A DNA stretch of 64,000 bases from Lepidodermella squamata (lineage: Eukaryota; Animalia; Gastrotricha), in the NCBI GenBank assembly GCA_047495785.1, contig JBLDXI010000011.1:1612001-1676000 (forward strand), read 5' to 3'. The notes under the pieces are model-generated. The model ran no database searches. It was not told where the DNA came from and worked only from the letters and a program-made list of their open reading frames with translations. Both the position numbers and the translations under genes were made by a program. Numbering within the stretch: the first letter of the stretch is position 1; each line of letters starts with the position of its first letter. This document shows positions 62,976 to 64,000 of this stretch, in pieces.

Positions 62976-63621
62976 ATTTCTTTCCTCTTTCGTGCGCTTG
63001 ATTGATGTTTTTGTGTCAGGCAAGTTCTTACGTAGCACTTGGAAAACGCAAGCATGTGGAATGTAGAACTGAATAGTTAAGTTCAGTTCTGTTCCTAATC
63101 CATCGTTTTCAGTTTTCAGTTTTATTCCGTTTTTCTAACTTTGCTGATTCAAGTTGTTTGGTTGCTTCAGGTGTTTACGACATTTTGTGGCTGTGATTTC
63201 ATTCTCGGACATTTTAATATTAAAGCACCTGCCACAATAGTAATTTGAAACATCTTCAATCGTAGATTCGTGCTGTGCCTGCGCCTTTTTCTTACCTTCA
63301 AAATTGTACATTTTCGTTCGTTTCATCTGGAAAAAAGGACAAAATAAAAAGCTTTTCGTTTTCGTTTTCGTAGATAGCAATTCTGCCAAAGCAATTCTGC
63401 CAATGCAATTCTGCCTGTTTCATTCTTGGACATCATCATAATATTGAAGCACCAGCCACTGTAGTCATTTCAAACATCTTCAATCGTAGCTAGCGATTCT
63501 GTCGAAAGAAGGAGCTCGCATCCGTGAAAACATTAAAAATTACGCTGGATGCTGTGGGTATTGAGTATCTTTTGTTGGTTAATAAGTTCCGATATATTCA
63601 TAGATATACAGTTAATTAAAA

Positions 63622-64000
63622 ATGATTCTAGGAAACTTGCGCCTACTATCACTGGCGACCAAACGATTTCGTGTCGACCGTCGTCATGCTCTTCTAACGC
63701 CAAAGCTTAATACGACTCACAACTCATTCGTCATTTTCCGACGTTCCTTGTCAGCCGCGCCATCCAATAATGCCTGGCTTGACTTTGTTAAACGTATCAC
63801 AATCGGCCAACTTGCCGGTACTGCTGTCGTGCTTGTTATTGGTAGTATCCCACTTAACTACGCCTATGTTGGATATAAGAATGCGGAAGCGATGAAACGT
63901 CGTTTAGAACAAGGCTGTGGCGCATATTTAGACACGGACAACCGAGTTTTCATTGATCGTCCAGAGTTGGAGAAGGATTTACAACACTTGATAACGCCAT
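63622..64000 (+). CDS. 5' end of an apparently intact P-loop ATPase gene (copy 3), running off the window
   Basis: 126 stop-free codons, MILGNLRLLSLATKRFRVDRRHALL...FRRSLSAAP..GQLAGTAVVLVIGSIPLNYAYV..FIDRPELEKDLQHLITP. Both stops of copy 2 are absent (TAT in place of TAG; the TAA codon is deleted). It is missing from the ORF track because no stop lies in the window. Confidence 0.75.
   Translation, partial: MILGNLRLLSLATKRFRVDRRHALLTPKLNTTHNSFVIFRRSLSAAPSNNAWLDFVKRITIGQLAGTAVVLVIGSIPLNYAYVGYKNAEAMKRRLEQGCGAYLDTDNRVFIDRPELEKDLQHLITP

Noticed and set aside
1-64000. Prokaryotic defence system, prophage or rRNA/tRNA genes
   Set aside because: Spliceosomal introns and metazoan domain architectures occur throughout; no recognisable RNA genes or bacterial operons.

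Overview
Intron-containing animal (invertebrate metazoan) genomic DNA; no prokaryotic features were found. The left half (1-34.2 kb) is gene-rich, and eight host genes were reconstructed by hand with phase-compatible GT-AG junctions. They are a CCDC117-like gene, a CUB-like/LDLa single-pass receptor with a PPSY motif, a Mesh/SUSD2-type adhesion protein preceded by about 8 kb of motif-dense non-coding DNA, a small single-pass PY/PDZ-motif protein, a C2H2 zinc-finger gene, and three paralogous uncharacterised multipass membrane genes. Two of those paralogues lie only 51 bp apart, as in an operon. One paralogue's intron holds a young Mutator-like element that encodes an intact, spliced zinc-finger plus half-transposase protein. 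The right half (34.2-64 kb) is a nested repeat field: MULE MITEs with 9-bp target duplications, a NOF-like MULE relic, a 7.7-kb Tc1/mariner-ended nested palindrome, LINE relics, and a Gypsy relic with extra ORFs. It also holds three copies (fragment, pseudogene, apparently open) of a predicted mitochondrion-targeted, membrane-anchored P-loop ATPase that does not resemble a typical animal gene and is a horizontal-transfer candidate. All family assignments come from motif recognition by eye; no searches were run.
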